The translations under genes were made by a program, and so were the position numbers. Positions 29,015 to 38,784 of a stretch of DNA of 64,000 bases are shown here, piece after piece. The notes beneath the pieces were generated by a model, which worked only from the letters and a program-made list of their open reading frames with translations, ran no database searches and was not told where the DNA came from. This stretch comes from a virus. The stretch lies in the IMG/VR virus record IMGVR_UViG_3300023296_001674; one strand, written 5' to 3'. Each line of letters begins with the position of its first letter. Position 1 is the first letter of the stretch.

Positions 29015-29704
29015 TTATTTTCTTCCTATTAACATAAATCTATCATATTTTTCAAGATTTAAATGCCCTTCATATAATATATCATCCATTGGCGACTGCT
29101 GCTTAAATGAATACAAGCTATCGACACAATTAATATGCCCTTTACCATCGTAAAAATTATTCGATTGTAATATCAACAACGCGCCATCGGGTATTTTTTC
29201 AAACCATTTATCATAATTGTCAATATGCTCACAACTGGTGTTTATAACACAATCTGGAATATCATATAAATTACAATCACTACCGTCAGCGCGAATTGTG
29301 CTGTAATCCATGCCATTATAATCTATGTCATGCATATCCATAGTGGAAGCCTTAAACGTCCATTCATCCATTACCCATTTTCTATTAATGGTGTCTGCTA
29401 TGTTAGCACACTGCGTATCTATATCAAAAGAGCGTATTTTATTTATTTTCAATTTATTGGATTCAAACATCATGGCGGCTAATGATCCATACCAACCACC
29501 CACTATATATACAACACCAAGGTCTAAATCTAAACTAATCAATTCATCAATTAGCCACAATTTGCTTTTTATTTGTCCTTGCGTAAATACATCATTAAAG
29601 TCTATATCTGGAAAGTTAATTAATGCTCGGCGCAAATGTGCTATAAGATCACTTTCGTATATTGTTTGTAATCCATTTAATATTATATCGATATCATTAT
29701 ACAT
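29015..29704 (-). CDS. Rossmann-fold SAM methyltransferase-like protein
   Basis: VYIVGGWYG, IRSFDID, VINTSCEH, LQSNN, RFMLIG. Confidence 0.65.
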   Translation of the reverse strand: MYNDIDIILNGLQTIYESDLIAHLRRALINFPDIDFNDVFTQGQIKSKLWLIDELISLDLDLGVVYIVGGWYGSLAAMMFESNKLKINKIRSFDIDTQCANIADTINRKWVMDEWTFKASTMDMHDIDYNGMDYSTIRADGSDCNLYDIPDCVINTSCEHIDNYDKWFEKIPDGALLILQSNNFYDGKGHINCVDSLYSFKQQSPMDDILYEGHLNLEKYDRFMLIGRK

Positions 29705-30602
29705 CTTTCCACAGTCCTAAATCTTTAAGATATTGTTCATCTGCCAAGTGTGGCAGCATTAAACCCAATCTAGATGGATTATTCTGTATCTGTCTTGCAA
29801 ACAGGCTTCCATTGTTATCTAATGTGATAACTGGCATATCCAGTTTATCCCTAAGATATGAACCATATATAGAAAACTCCGCGATGGTAAACTTATGCCA
29901 CGTCGATTTCCACATTTTATCAAACCATTCATAATCAGAAATATGCGTGATATCTAAATCATTAACACATGTTTCATAACAACCGACTCTTGCGCCCATC
30001 ATTGTCCAGAATCCATTGTCTATATCAATGCCTATATTCATCCACGACAGCAACCGATTGTAATTTCCTATCCACACATCAGTTCTAGGGTTTTCAACCA
30101 CCACACCATCGTTTAAGCCCATCCTAACACCCTCTCTGAACCCCGTTCTGAATGCTTGTAGCGGCGTGGTGTTAATATGCGTGGTTGAACTAACTGCATT
30201 CATTTGAAAATAAGGAACAGTCCAACAAAAATCAGTTCCGTTGTTTTTTTCATGACTTTTAATATTTAACATTGTATGCTTGGGCCACAATTTTGCACCA
30301 CCATTACCATACTGCAATCCGTTAACTGAATTTATAGCAGACCAACTATGAACATAATTTGGATTTATATCATCCAACTCTTGACCAAAAAATTCATCAT
30401 CTACTTTGGTGTCACCGTCTATTACGAAAAAATGTTCCGAGTATGCAATTTTCGCTGCTTCTTTGTGTGCTTTATCGATACCTTTTACACCATGCACACG
30501 TTTTGCGTGTTTTACTAATGTTAATAAGTGCTCATAATTTTCATCAGCATTTGGTTCATCATATGATATGAATATCACATCAAATTCATAAGCGTTTGTC
30601 AT
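29697..30602 (-). CDS. GT-A-fold glycosyltransferase-like protein (paralog 1)
   Basis: DVIFISYDEPNA, GVKG..AH, VIDGD (DxD), YGNGGAKLW, FRTGFREG. Confidence 0.65.
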   Translation of the reverse strand: MTNAYEFDVIFISYDEPNADENYEHLLTLVKHAKRVHGVKGIDKAHKEAAKIAYSEHFFVIDGDTKVDDEFFGQELDDINPNYVHSWSAINSVNGLQYGNGGAKLWPKHTMLNIKSHEKNNGTDFCWTVPYFQMNAVSSTTHINTTPLQAFRTGFREGVRMGLNDGVVVENPRTDVWIGNYNRLLSWMNIGIDIDNGFWTMMGARVGCYETCVNDLDITHISDYEWFDKMWKSTWHKFTIAEFSIYGSYLRDKLDMPVITLDNNGSLFARQIQNNPSRLGLMLPHLADEQYLKDLGLWKDV

Positions 30603-31435
30603 ATTTTATACATTACCTTTTTTATAAATTCACTTTGTTCTGCGGTAAACAGTGCCGTTTCGATATCAAACATATCAAGCATTTCTTCACCACATGATTG
30701 TATATTGCTCATAATATCATTGTGGTTAAGTTGTAAATCATAATATTCGCGACACACGCTAAAATCATTTATTATATTTAATTCTTCAACTTCTCGTTCA
30801 ATCAACTTATTTGAGTTACACGAACCGTGCATTACGCCCATTCTAGCACCCGCTATAGCATAATCACCAAAATCAACATCCATGCCAACACTTGTCCATA
30901 TTTTAAGACGCGCTAATGTTTCTTCATTTTTTTGATTATCAATGACTGCACTAGATAATTTGGTACATTCTCTAAATCCACTTTTCCATGCATTAAACGG
31001 AGTTGTATTGAAATGGGTAGTGCTGGCTATTTCTTTATGTGATTTAAACCCACTAGATGCAGCCGCAGCACTCGTGCAAAAATCAACAGAATATTCTTTT
31101 ATGTGCTCTACGTGATCAGTTGGAAATAATTTAACACCACCATATCCGTATTGCAATCCATTTACTGGATTATTGCAGCCCCATACATGAACGCGTCTAT
31201 CATTTTGATGAAAATCGACAACATTTTCAAAATCAAAATTGTTATCAACTACATTGTCTGCGTCTACACAGAAAAAATGCGACGTAGATACTTGTTTTGC
31301 TGCTTCGATGTGGGCGTTAGGAATTCCTTTAACACCATCTATGCGAATGGCATATGGAATAAGATCAGTTAATTTTTCCCAATTCTCATCGGCATTTAAC
31401 TCATCATAACTAATAAAAACAACGTCAAAATGCAT
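30599..31435 (-). CDS. GT-A-fold glycosyltransferase-like protein (paralog 2)
   Basis: DVVFISYDE, CVDAD, YGYGGVKLF, WKSGFREC. Confidence 0.65.
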   Translation of the reverse strand: MHFDVVFISYDELNADENWEKLTDLIPYAIRIDGVKGIPNAHIEAAKQVSTSHFFCVDADNVVDNNFDFENVVDFHQNDRRVHVWGCNNPVNGLQYGYGGVKLFPTDHVEHIKEYSVDFCTSAAAASSGFKSHKEIASTTHFNTTPFNAWKSGFRECTKLSSAVIDNQKNEETLARLKIWTSVGMDVDFGDYAIAGARMGVMHGSCNSNKLIEREVEELNIINDFSVCREYYDLQLNHNDIMSNIQSCGEEMLDMFDIETALFTAEQSEFIKKVMYKI

Positions 31436-31496
31436 ATATATTCTCCATTCAAATCAATAATCGATATTATACTATAATACAAAAATAATGTATATA

Positions 31497-31592
31497 TTAA
31501 TATACGTATGGGTCTTGTTTTCTCAATCGTTTAAGTTTTTGCTTTCGCTTCCACCATGATTTTATTTTTTTAATTAATTTGTATATAAACAT
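31497..31592 (-). CDS. 31-aa basic micro-protein (not in ORF track)
   Basis: MFIYKLIKKIKSWWKRKQKLKRLRKQDPYVY*; TAATG overlap with the upstream radical SAM stop. Confidence 0.65.
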   Translation of the reverse strand: MFIYKLIKKIKSWWKRKQKLKRLRKQDPYVY

Positions 31593-32902
31593 TAAATATA
31601 ATCCTTTATATATTCATATAATTCTGGAAAAACTGTTTCAAATTTTTCATCACGTATTTCATCGAGTTTGGTTGTAATTTTCCAAAATTCTTTAAGTACG
31701 TGTGAATTATCTTCTTCAAACATAAATGCAATATATGGTTCTATTATAAATTTCACCTGTTGTTTCATTGACGGGCCAGAATAAACTTCGACCCATTTAT
31801 AAAGTTCATTATAACGATCACGAATACGATTTTTAGCAGCAATGGGCAAAACTTGAACTGTCATATAATGTGGGCCTTTAAGCAAATGCGGACTTGGTAA
31901 ATGACGCAATCTCTTAAAACCCGTTTCTATTTGCCATTGTATCATATCTGCAAAATGTAGAAAATTATACAAACTAACGGTAGTTGCAAATGTGCCACCG
32001 ATGTTTCCAGTTGTAGTATTTTCTAAAGCCAATAAATTTTTATGAACTACATCCCATTTGCATGGATGGCGTAAATATTCTGCAACTGCGCCCATTCCAT
32101 CAATGCTACAACCAACACTAACTTGTTGAAATTTCTCCCACATACGAATCAATCGTTCTGGTAATTTTGCCATATTGGTGTTATATTCTAGATGAATATT
32201 TTTAGCCACATCTATTTCTATACACATTTCTAAAAGATTCATATGTTCTTGAATAATAGTTGGTTCACCGCCAGTAAAATATAATCTTTTTATATGTGGC
32301 AAATTTTTCATTAATTCAGTCATAACTGCGGAACTTTCATACCAATCATATGTATCATCAACAGTATTCCATTTACCACGTGCATCTTTTTCTAAAAATG
32401 TAATACCTATTTTATCATTTCCGAAATTACTTTTACCATGTAACTCTACCCAATCATCATACCATTGTGTCGAATCAGCAGGTCCACAACTTCTACATTT
32501 AAGATTGCATTTATTTCCAAATCGTAAATCATAATATGCTATAGGGCGTTCTGAGGCTTGTATGGTGCCATCTTCAGTAGTTATGGCGTTAGCCTCGTCT
32601 TTTGTAATTAACCCCATTTGGTTGGCGTGCTGACGTTTTGAATTAGCACCAGATGCTTCTTCATCCCAACATAATTTACATGCTTCATGTTTTTCATCAT
32701 TTAACATACTTTTTCTAATATCTTTAGCAATAGATGCATTACGCGCTTCTTCTACGGTATGGGTATTTCCGTTAAATATAGTTCCATCATCTTTTTTTAG
32801 TATTGCTTGGTCACCATATATGCACTGACAACATACCCGCATATCGCCATTCGCTTTTAGTGAAACATGATCCCATGGTATAGGGCAATAAGTGTTAGAC
32901 AT
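31592..32902 (-). CDS. Radical SAM enzyme with N-terminal twitch-like domain (start revised)
   Basis: CPIPW...GDMRVCC...CKLCW; CNLKCRSC; FTGGEP; YNTN; SIDG. Confidence 0.88.
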   Translation of the reverse strand: MSNTYCPIPWDHVSLKANGDMRVCCQCIYGDQAILKKDDGTIFNGNTHTVEEARNASIAKDIRKSMLNDEKHEACKLCWDEEASGANSKRQHANQMGLITKDEANAITTEDGTIQASERPIAYYDLRFGNKCNLKCRSCGPADSTQWYDDWVELHGKSNFGNDKIGITFLEKDARGKWNTVDDTYDWYESSAVMTELMKNLPHIKRLYFTGGEPTIIQEHMNLLEMCIEIDVAKNIHLEYNTNMAKLPERLIRMWEKFQQVSVGCSIDGMGAVAEYLRHPCKWDVVHKNLLALENTTTGNIGGTFATTVSLYNFLHFADMIQWQIETGFKRLRHLPSPHLLKGPHYMTVQVLPIAAKNRIRDRYNELYKWVEVYSGPSMKQQVKFIIEPYIAFMFEEDNSHVLKEFWKITTKLDEIRDEKFETVFPELYEYIKDYI

Positions 32903-32906
32903 ATTT

Positions 32907-33857
32907 TTAATCCTTTGATTTACTTGCCATGATATCGAAGTTACAATGACAATAATTTTTATCACATATCACTTGTTCTGTTGGTAGGTTTAAATTTTCG
33001 TCATTGATATGACCTAAGCCACCACCAACTTTGCACCAGCCGCGATATATAGACCCGTCCATATCGATAACTATTTGTTCTGTACCAGCACCACATTTCC
33101 AACCAACCCAACTATTTTCACCTTGAGATATAAATCTATGTGGTGCCCAATTTTCCATTGTGTTTCCGTCAGAATCGATTAATGACATTGCTCCACGATA
33201 ACTTTCAAATGTTTTATCTCTAACGATCAACGCGCCGGTTAATGCGAACTGTCTATTTAATATATCTTGTTGATAGTCGGTGTATTCATATAACTCATCG
33301 CCAAAATCCACAATAAGTGGTTGCATTGCCATACTTATATTTTTAATGTCTTTCACTTTTAACGCCACGTCATAACAATCGTCAAAATGTTCAGGTGACA
33401 TCATAATATTAGCGTGAACTCTGATATCATCACTTAGATATTCAATAAATTCTAAAAAGGTGTCCACTTTTGAAAATTCAGGATGATAGCTAGTGCATAC
33501 GTGATTTATGTATGGCTTCAATTCGCTCCAATAACGCATAGTTCTTGACCCGTTCGTTATAAGTCCCACTTTAGCATTCGATTCGCTTAGAAACTTACAC
33601 AACTCCTTAAAATGCTTCCAAAGGGTTACTTCACCACCAGTGAATTCAAAATATACAATTTTAGGTGCATAATGTTCTATAACGCGGGTGCAAAATGATT
33701 TAACGTCATCAACGTCATACCAACCTACAGTGCCATCATGCAGTCCGGTGGGACAATACGAACATGCAAAATTACATGTGTTACCCATGCACCAATTAAC
33801 TACCACATAATCACCGTGTTTTTTATTTTCGTGTTCTAATTTTACATAATCTATCAT
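32907..33857 (-). CDS. Radical SAM enzyme with C-terminal SPASM/twitch-like domain
   Basis: CNFACSYC, TGGEVT, TNGSR, SYHPEF; GWKCGAG...WC...CDKNYCHC. Confidence 0.88.
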   Translation of the reverse strand: MIDYVKLEHENKKHGDYVVVNWCMGNTCNFACSYCPTGLHDGTVGWYDVDDVKSFCTRVIEHYAPKIVYFEFTGGEVTLWKHFKELCKFLSESNAKVGLITNGSRTMRYWSELKPYINHVCTSYHPEFSKVDTFLEFIEYLSDDIRVHANIMMSPEHFDDCYDVALKVKDIKNISMAMQPLIVDFGDELYEYTDYQQDILNRQFALTGALIVRDKTFESYRGAMSLIDSDGNTMENWAPHRFISQGENSWVGWKCGAGTEQIVIDMDGSIYRGWCKVGGGLGHINDENLNLPTEQVICDKNYCHCNFDIMASKSKD

Positions 33858-34885
33858 ATGTTTTTATCCTTAAATTTGAATTTTGCATTGCGACCAGTAG
33901 CGGCAGTTTCTGAAACAATTAATCCCATTTTGGCGGGATTCTCAATAGTGGATTTAAAAAATTTACTTTGTTGTTTTCCAAGATTGACAATATCTAAACC
34001 AATTTCGTTACGAATATCGTCAACAAGTCTATTATAGTCTTTCTTAAACGCCTCTTGATCTTCTATGATTTTAACCCATTTTTCACGCCATGTTTTATCA
34101 AACCATTCATAATCGGCAATTTGACTAATATCAAAATCCGTAACGTTAGTTAGGTAGCAACCAAGTCTAGCGCCATATATTGCGTATATTCCATTTTTTA
34201 CATCCGCGCCCACCGACATCCATATTTTTAATCTTTTTAAATTTCCATGCCATACAGTGGAAGTCATATCTTCTACTTGTTTTCCTTCATGTAAACTAAG
34301 TTTTACGCCCTCACGAAAACCGACACGAAATGCTTGAAATGGTGTAGTGTTATTATATGAAACAGAATACCAATCATTCATTTGAAAATATGGCAACTTC
34401 CAACAAAATTCAATAGCTTCATCGTCATCGGTATGCTCATGAGTATTCATATGTAAAACTAATCCTTTGGGCCACAATTTTATTCCACCATTGCCGTAAA
34501 TTAATCCATTTATATGATTTTTTCCTGCCCAACTATAAACATAATTGGGATTATATGTTATACTTTGATTAAAAAAATCCTCATCTATTTTATTATCACC
34601 ATCAATAGTAATAAAATTCATAGTATCTGATTGTCTTGCGGCATGTTTGTGTGCTTCATCGAATCCTTTGATTCCATGTATGCGTTTTGCCCATGGTATT
34701 TTACTAATTAAATTTGACCAATTTTCTTCTGCATTAGGTTCGTCATAACTTATATAAAATACATCAAAATCATTAGTTGAGGCATCTTTAATAATTTCAT
34801 CATTTGGTGTAATCGCAGGATATAAATTTTTTAATTCATCATCACGATTTTTCCATTTTTGTTGTTCTTTGGTTAACTTAGTCAT
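33854..34885 (-). CDS. GT-A-fold glycosyltransferase-like protein (paralog 3)
   Basis: DVFYISYDEPNA, TIDGD, YGNGGIKLW, FRVGFREG. Confidence 0.65.
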   Translation of the reverse strand: MTKLTKEQQKWKNRDDELKNLYPAITPNDEIIKDASTNDFDVFYISYDEPNAEENWSNLISKIPWAKRIHGIKGFDEAHKHAARQSDTMNFITIDGDNKIDEDFFNQSITYNPNYVYSWAGKNHINGLIYGNGGIKLWPKGLVLHMNTHEHTDDDEAIEFCWKLPYFQMNDWYSVSYNNTTPFQAFRVGFREGVKLSLHEGKQVEDMTSTVWHGNLKRLKIWMSVGADVKNGIYAIYGARLGCYLTNVTDFDISQIADYEWFDKTWREKWVKIIEDQEAFKKDYNRLVDDIRNEIGLDIVNLGKQQSKFFKSTIENPAKMGLIVSETAATGRNAKFKFKDKNI

Positions 34886-35651
34886 TATTATCAGTCCTAA
34901 TAAATTTCATTATTTTATTGTGTGTCGATATAATCATACTATTGTGTGGCAACATTAATTCAGTATATATTGTTCTATTATCAGTAAAATTAAATGTAAA
35001 CGAATAATATAATATTGATTTATCTATGCTATCCACTACAAAAAACTGATATTCAGTGCCGTGTGTAAACATATGATGATTGGTGTCGCGTTCAACCACT
35101 GTAGATATAGTTAATGATGACCCAATGTATGATATATCAATAATACTCTCATTGTTTATTTCACTTACTATATAATCCCCAATCAATGGAATCATCATAT
35201 AAAAATTTACATCATCGCCATATAACTGAATTAATTCCATTACTAATAACGAGTTATCGTCGTTGATTTTATAGTTTAACATATTTTTTGTGCCATTAAT
35301 GAATTCTGTTATCAATTCATCAACAATCACCAGTCCGCATTTTAATGTATCATCATCGTCTTGAATTTGTTGTTTTCTTGGTACAATACTACTTATGGTT
35401 TTTTCTTTGAAATGATAATACACATAGAATGTTTTTTTGATATTATATATTCCATCTTCATCATATAAAACGAATTTATTTTTTTTGATATTAGCGTTTC
35501 GTTTCCATAAATTGTAAAGTTTTATTACTTCGGGTGCTTTTGATGGCACAATCATGTACAATTCACACTGAAGCAAATAGTCGCACGGTTCCATACTTAT
35601 TTCATGTATAATTCTATTCTCGTCGGTATATACATATATTAAATCACTCAT
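34878..35651 (-). CDS. Hypothetical protein (start revised)
   Basis: Operonic ORF overlapping both neighbours; GGAG SD. Confidence 0.65.
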   Translation of the reverse strand: MSDLIYVYTDENRIIHEISMEPCDYLLQCELYMIVPSKAPEVIKLYNLWKRNANIKKNKFVLYDEDGIYNIKKTFYVYYHFKEKTISSIVPRKQQIQDDDDTLKCGLVIVDELITEFINGTKNMLNYKINDDNSLLVMELIQLYGDDVNFYMMIPLIGDYIVSEINNESIIDISYIGSSLTISTVVERDTNHHMFTHGTEYQFFVVDSIDKSILYYSFTFNFTDNRTIYTELMLPHNSMIISTHNKIMKFIRTDNND

Positions 35652-36507
35652 AATTATTCTCCAATATATCAATCATTCCATCTTTCAAAAACTTTTTGAC
35701 ATGATAATGAAATATTCCAGTTTGTCGTAATGTACCAATTTTAATACCAAGAGAATCATTAAATTCGTCAAATGATATATCGACACATCTCGTCCAATCG
35801 CCATCAAAACTTTTGCTTGGTAGAACCCAATTCATATTTTGTAATTTCATATGTGTAAAATAAGGAAAAGACACTTCGTTGAATATTGCATCGTTTTTCA
35901 TGCCAATCAATTTCAACGAAAGACCAAACGCCACATCAGTACTGAATACTTTAGGGCGTTTTTTATATAAATGTTTTTTGACATAATCGTCCCAATTTTC
36001 GCATATATCTTTCATTGTATCGAACAGTTCTTTGTTATCTTCGTGTTTTTTAAAATAGAAAAATGCATTATACACATTCGGTAGTTTATTTTTTATAAAT
36101 TCTTCACGATAAATTGTATGTGGCGGCACAATTTCACTTTTGTAATTTTTAATGGTTGATGTGAACCAAGTGTTTCTAAGTGACATATAATCCCACCAAT
36201 GACTAATATCTGTTAAAAATAGCATATCACTATCTAACATAACTGTTTCATCATATGGAGTATAATCATATAAGTCTACAATATTATGCAATTTCCAATC
36301 TGCATCTTTGGCGCGATCATTGTCCATTATTATAATTTGGTCAAATGCTTTGATATAGTGATTTGGTATATATTCAATATCAGTGACAATAGACAATTTA
36401 TTGACTCCGCTTTGGGTATTTTTTATACTCAACGCCAACGCATAAGCAAGTCTCAAATAATCAACATCTGGTGTATTTTGAACTATACATATATATCCTT
36501 TATTCAT
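35644..36507 (-). CDS. GT8-like glycosyltransferase
   Basis: YLRLAYALALSIK, TPYDETVMLDSDML, NVYNAFFYF, STDVAF, HYH. Confidence 0.75.
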   Translation of the reverse strand: MNKGYICIVQNTPDVDYLRLAYALALSIKNTQSGVNKLSIVTDIEYIPNHYIKAFDQIIIMDNDRAKDADWKLHNIVDLYDYTPYDETVMLDSDMLFLTDISHWWDYMSLRNTWFTSTIKNYKSEIVPPHTIYREEFIKNKLPNVYNAFFYFKKHEDNKELFDTMKDICENWDDYVKKHLYKKRPKVFSTDVAFGLSLKLIGMKNDAIFNEVSFPYFTHMKLQNMNWVLPSKSFDGDWTRCVDISFDEFNDSLGIKIGTLRQTGIFHYHVKKFLKDGMIDILENNYE

Positions 36508-37415
36508 GAATATATCTCCACGAATGTATCATAATGATGTGTCATACTTACTTTATTCATACAATGCAATGATATATTCTCAACATTGAAAAGTTGTTTT
36601 GGATTCTTCCATTGATGTGTGTGTATCATTAATTTTATTTGTTGTTTATCCACCCTATATACAACATCATTATTAGTTGAGAGAACAAATTTAAATGGTA
36701 TTTCCCATTCAGTTGATGGGATATGATTTCCATTAGCGATATATAATGCAATGCTGAATGAATAATCATTTCTATATGAATTATCACTAACTTGATATAA
36801 TCGTTGAAAATAAAAATAATTTTCTTTAATATGATTAACCACATCAAAATAATTTTTACTAAACTCACTTCTGTCAAAATATACAACCGTAGCCCAATAC
36901 ATCGGAATAGAAAAACTTCCCATTTTTTCTGTTGGATGAAAGTGTGTGTTTTTAGAGTGCGCTTTGTTAATAATAGGAATAATTATTCTATTCATCATAA
37001 TCGATGAATTCGAACCCCAAAGTTTGTCAAGATTTTTATCTTGAAAAATAAAATCCACATCGATCATGATTGTTTCATCATATATAGAATCTGTATATGC
37101 ATTAGAGCGCGAGTGATTAATCCACGTATTTGTTCCGTAGTATATTTCACCATCAGTCGTTTTTCTATAATTTTTTATTTTCTGCTTTACGTCATCAACT
37201 TTTACAAGATCGAATAACTCATTGAGCAATGCAGTTTCATTATCATTCAATGACGCCAATGATTCACTATTGGTAACTACCATTGCGTTAAATTTTGATA
37301 ATTGATATCTACCAGTTAATGCGCTACTTATTGCCAGTTTTAAATAGTTTATAATTTCATTATTATATGCGTAATATAAAAATCCGCATGTTTTTTCATT
37401 AGATTTCAACATCAT
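36504..37415 (-). CDS. GT8-like glycosyltransferase
   Basis: AYNNEIINY, YDETIMIDVDF, WATVVYF, YRNDYSFSIA, HCMNK. Confidence 0.72.
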   Translation of the reverse strand: MMLKSNEKTCGFLYYAYNNEIINYLKLAISSALTGRYQLSKFNAMVVTNSESLASLNDNETALLNELFDLVKVDDVKQKIKNYRKTTDGEIYYGTNTWINHSRSNAYTDSIYDETIMIDVDFIFQDKNLDKLWGSNSSIMMNRIIIPIINKAHSKNTHFHPTEKMGSFSIPMYWATVVYFDRSEFSKNYFDVVNHIKENYFYFQRLYQVSDNSYRNDYSFSIALYIANGNHIPSTEWEIPFKFVLSTNNDVVYRVDKQQIKLMIHTHQWKNPKQLFNVENISLHCMNKVSMTHHYDTFVEIYS

Positions 37416-37773
37416 CTTCCAATTCATGCATTTTTGTTAATGTTGGCACATTTCTTGATTTTTTTAATCGTGCTAAACTCATGGCATACTTATTCAATGA
37501 TTCGGTATAACATGAACGAACTTCTTTTTTGAATTCTACTAAATTTTCTATTTTAATAGGCATGTTATGTATATCTAAAATAAATGCTGATATTTTACCT
37601 TCGTCAATGTACATAGTTAAATCAAAGAATAGAGCAGAACCCAATAAAAAATATCCACCGCTATGTGGATATATTAAATCGCCCTCGAATACTTCCATTA
37701 TTTTTTCTTTTTGATTCTCAAATATTGCCCTAAAATTAGCTTGATCTGACGCTTCTTTATATAATGTTTCCAT
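37399..37773 (-). CDS. Hypothetical protein heading the GT/radical SAM operon
   Basis: 124 aa; GGYF, ILDIHNMPIKI; AAGGA SD. Confidence 0.7.
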   Translation of the reverse strand: METLYKEASDQANFRAIFENQKEKIMEVFEGDLIYPHSGGYFLLGSALFFDLTMYIDEGKISAFILDIHNMPIKIENLVEFKKEVRSCYTESLNKYAMSLARLKKSRNVPTLTKMHELEDDVEI

Positions 37774-37803
37774 ATAATATCCTTAATGTATTAATTATAA
37801 AAC

Positions 37804-37832
37804 ATTATAATATAACTAGAATATTAAGTCAA
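37804..37832 (-). promoter_or_regulatory. Near-consensus sigma70 promoter for the GT/radical SAM operon
   Basis: TTGACT-N17-TATAAT on minus strand. Confidence 0.7.
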
Positions 37833-37838
37833 TTTGTT

Positions 37839-38750
37839 TTAATTTCCATTTGATAAACTTATATTTGTAGTATATGTAGGGGAATCTATATCAAAAGATA
37901 ATGCATATTTACTTTCAACTATTGAGCTAGTAAATGTCCCGTCAACTATGTCTGGTGGATTTGTATGCCCATCTAAAAAATTGGATTGTATTTTAATTTC
38001 TAATCCATTGCCGCCATTTGGTCCTTCTATTCCAACGCGTTGACCTAAAATAGTCCACACGCTTCCAGTAGAACCACCGGTACTACCATATGGTCCACTT
38101 AATGGTGTTATTTGTGATCTCACCAATTCTAACGAGCCGGTTAATGCATAATATTCATCACGACCAAATATTAAATCATTGCCATCAACAACTGAATCCC
38201 ATGCAGCATTTTGTGTATTAACCGCGCCGCCAGTTCTTGTAGTTGCTATACGAAATGTGCTTCCTGTATTAAAGAAATATCGTGCATGATCAACGCTTGT
38301 GAATTTTATTGTAAACACATGCTGTATATATGTACTCCAATCCAAAACTCTTGAATCAGTCAATACCGAACTTGTCGACGGTAAATTAAATGTTGGATCA
38401 GTAAGGAACCGATTTGTAGTAATATCAAACAAATTTTGTGAAGAATTTAATTTTAGAAAGAATGAAGCAACGTCGCCATCTTCCATATCTGCAACTGATG
38501 GCAAAACATCCATCAATGTAGTTCCTTGGTGATCAGCGCAATCCTCGATTGCGTTCCTCAAATTAATCCACGCTTCATTAGTCAATCCACCTCCAGGTAT
38601 TATATCTGGTATGTTACCATCAATTAATACATTAGTGGAATTTCCACCATATCCATAATCACCATTGCCAATACCAAATATTAAATTTAATTCATTAATT
38701 AAATTATTATAATCAGATGCTTCGATTTCACCACCAGTAGAATAAACCAT
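37839..38750 (-). CDS. Virion structural protein (paralog family A)
   Basis: DYN...G.G..GYG N-motif, HQGTTL, F.S.DHARYFFNTG, R.GG...QN..W. Confidence 0.75.
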   Translation of the reverse strand: MVYSTGGEIEASDYNNLINELNLIFGIGNGDYGYGGNSTNVLIDGNIPDIIPGGGLTNEAWINLRNAIEDCADHQGTTLMDVLPSVADMEDGDVASFFLKLNSSQNLFDITTNRFLTDPTFNLPSTSSVLTDSRVLDWSTYIQHVFTIKFTSVDHARYFFNTGSTFRIATTRTGGAVNTQNAAWDSVVDGNDLIFGRDEYYALTGSLELVRSQITPLSGPYGSTGGSTGSVWTILGQRVGIEGPNGGNGLEIKIQSNFLDGHTNPPDIVDGTFTSSIVESKYALSFDIDSPTYTTNISLSNGN

Positions 38751-38776
38751 TATTAATCCTCTATATTCTTACCATG

Positions 38777-38784
38777 TATTTATA
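38777..38784 (-). promoter_or_regulatory. Late promoter TATAAATA
   Basis: Overlaps upstream stop codon, ~27 nt upstream of ATG 38750. Confidence 0.5.
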
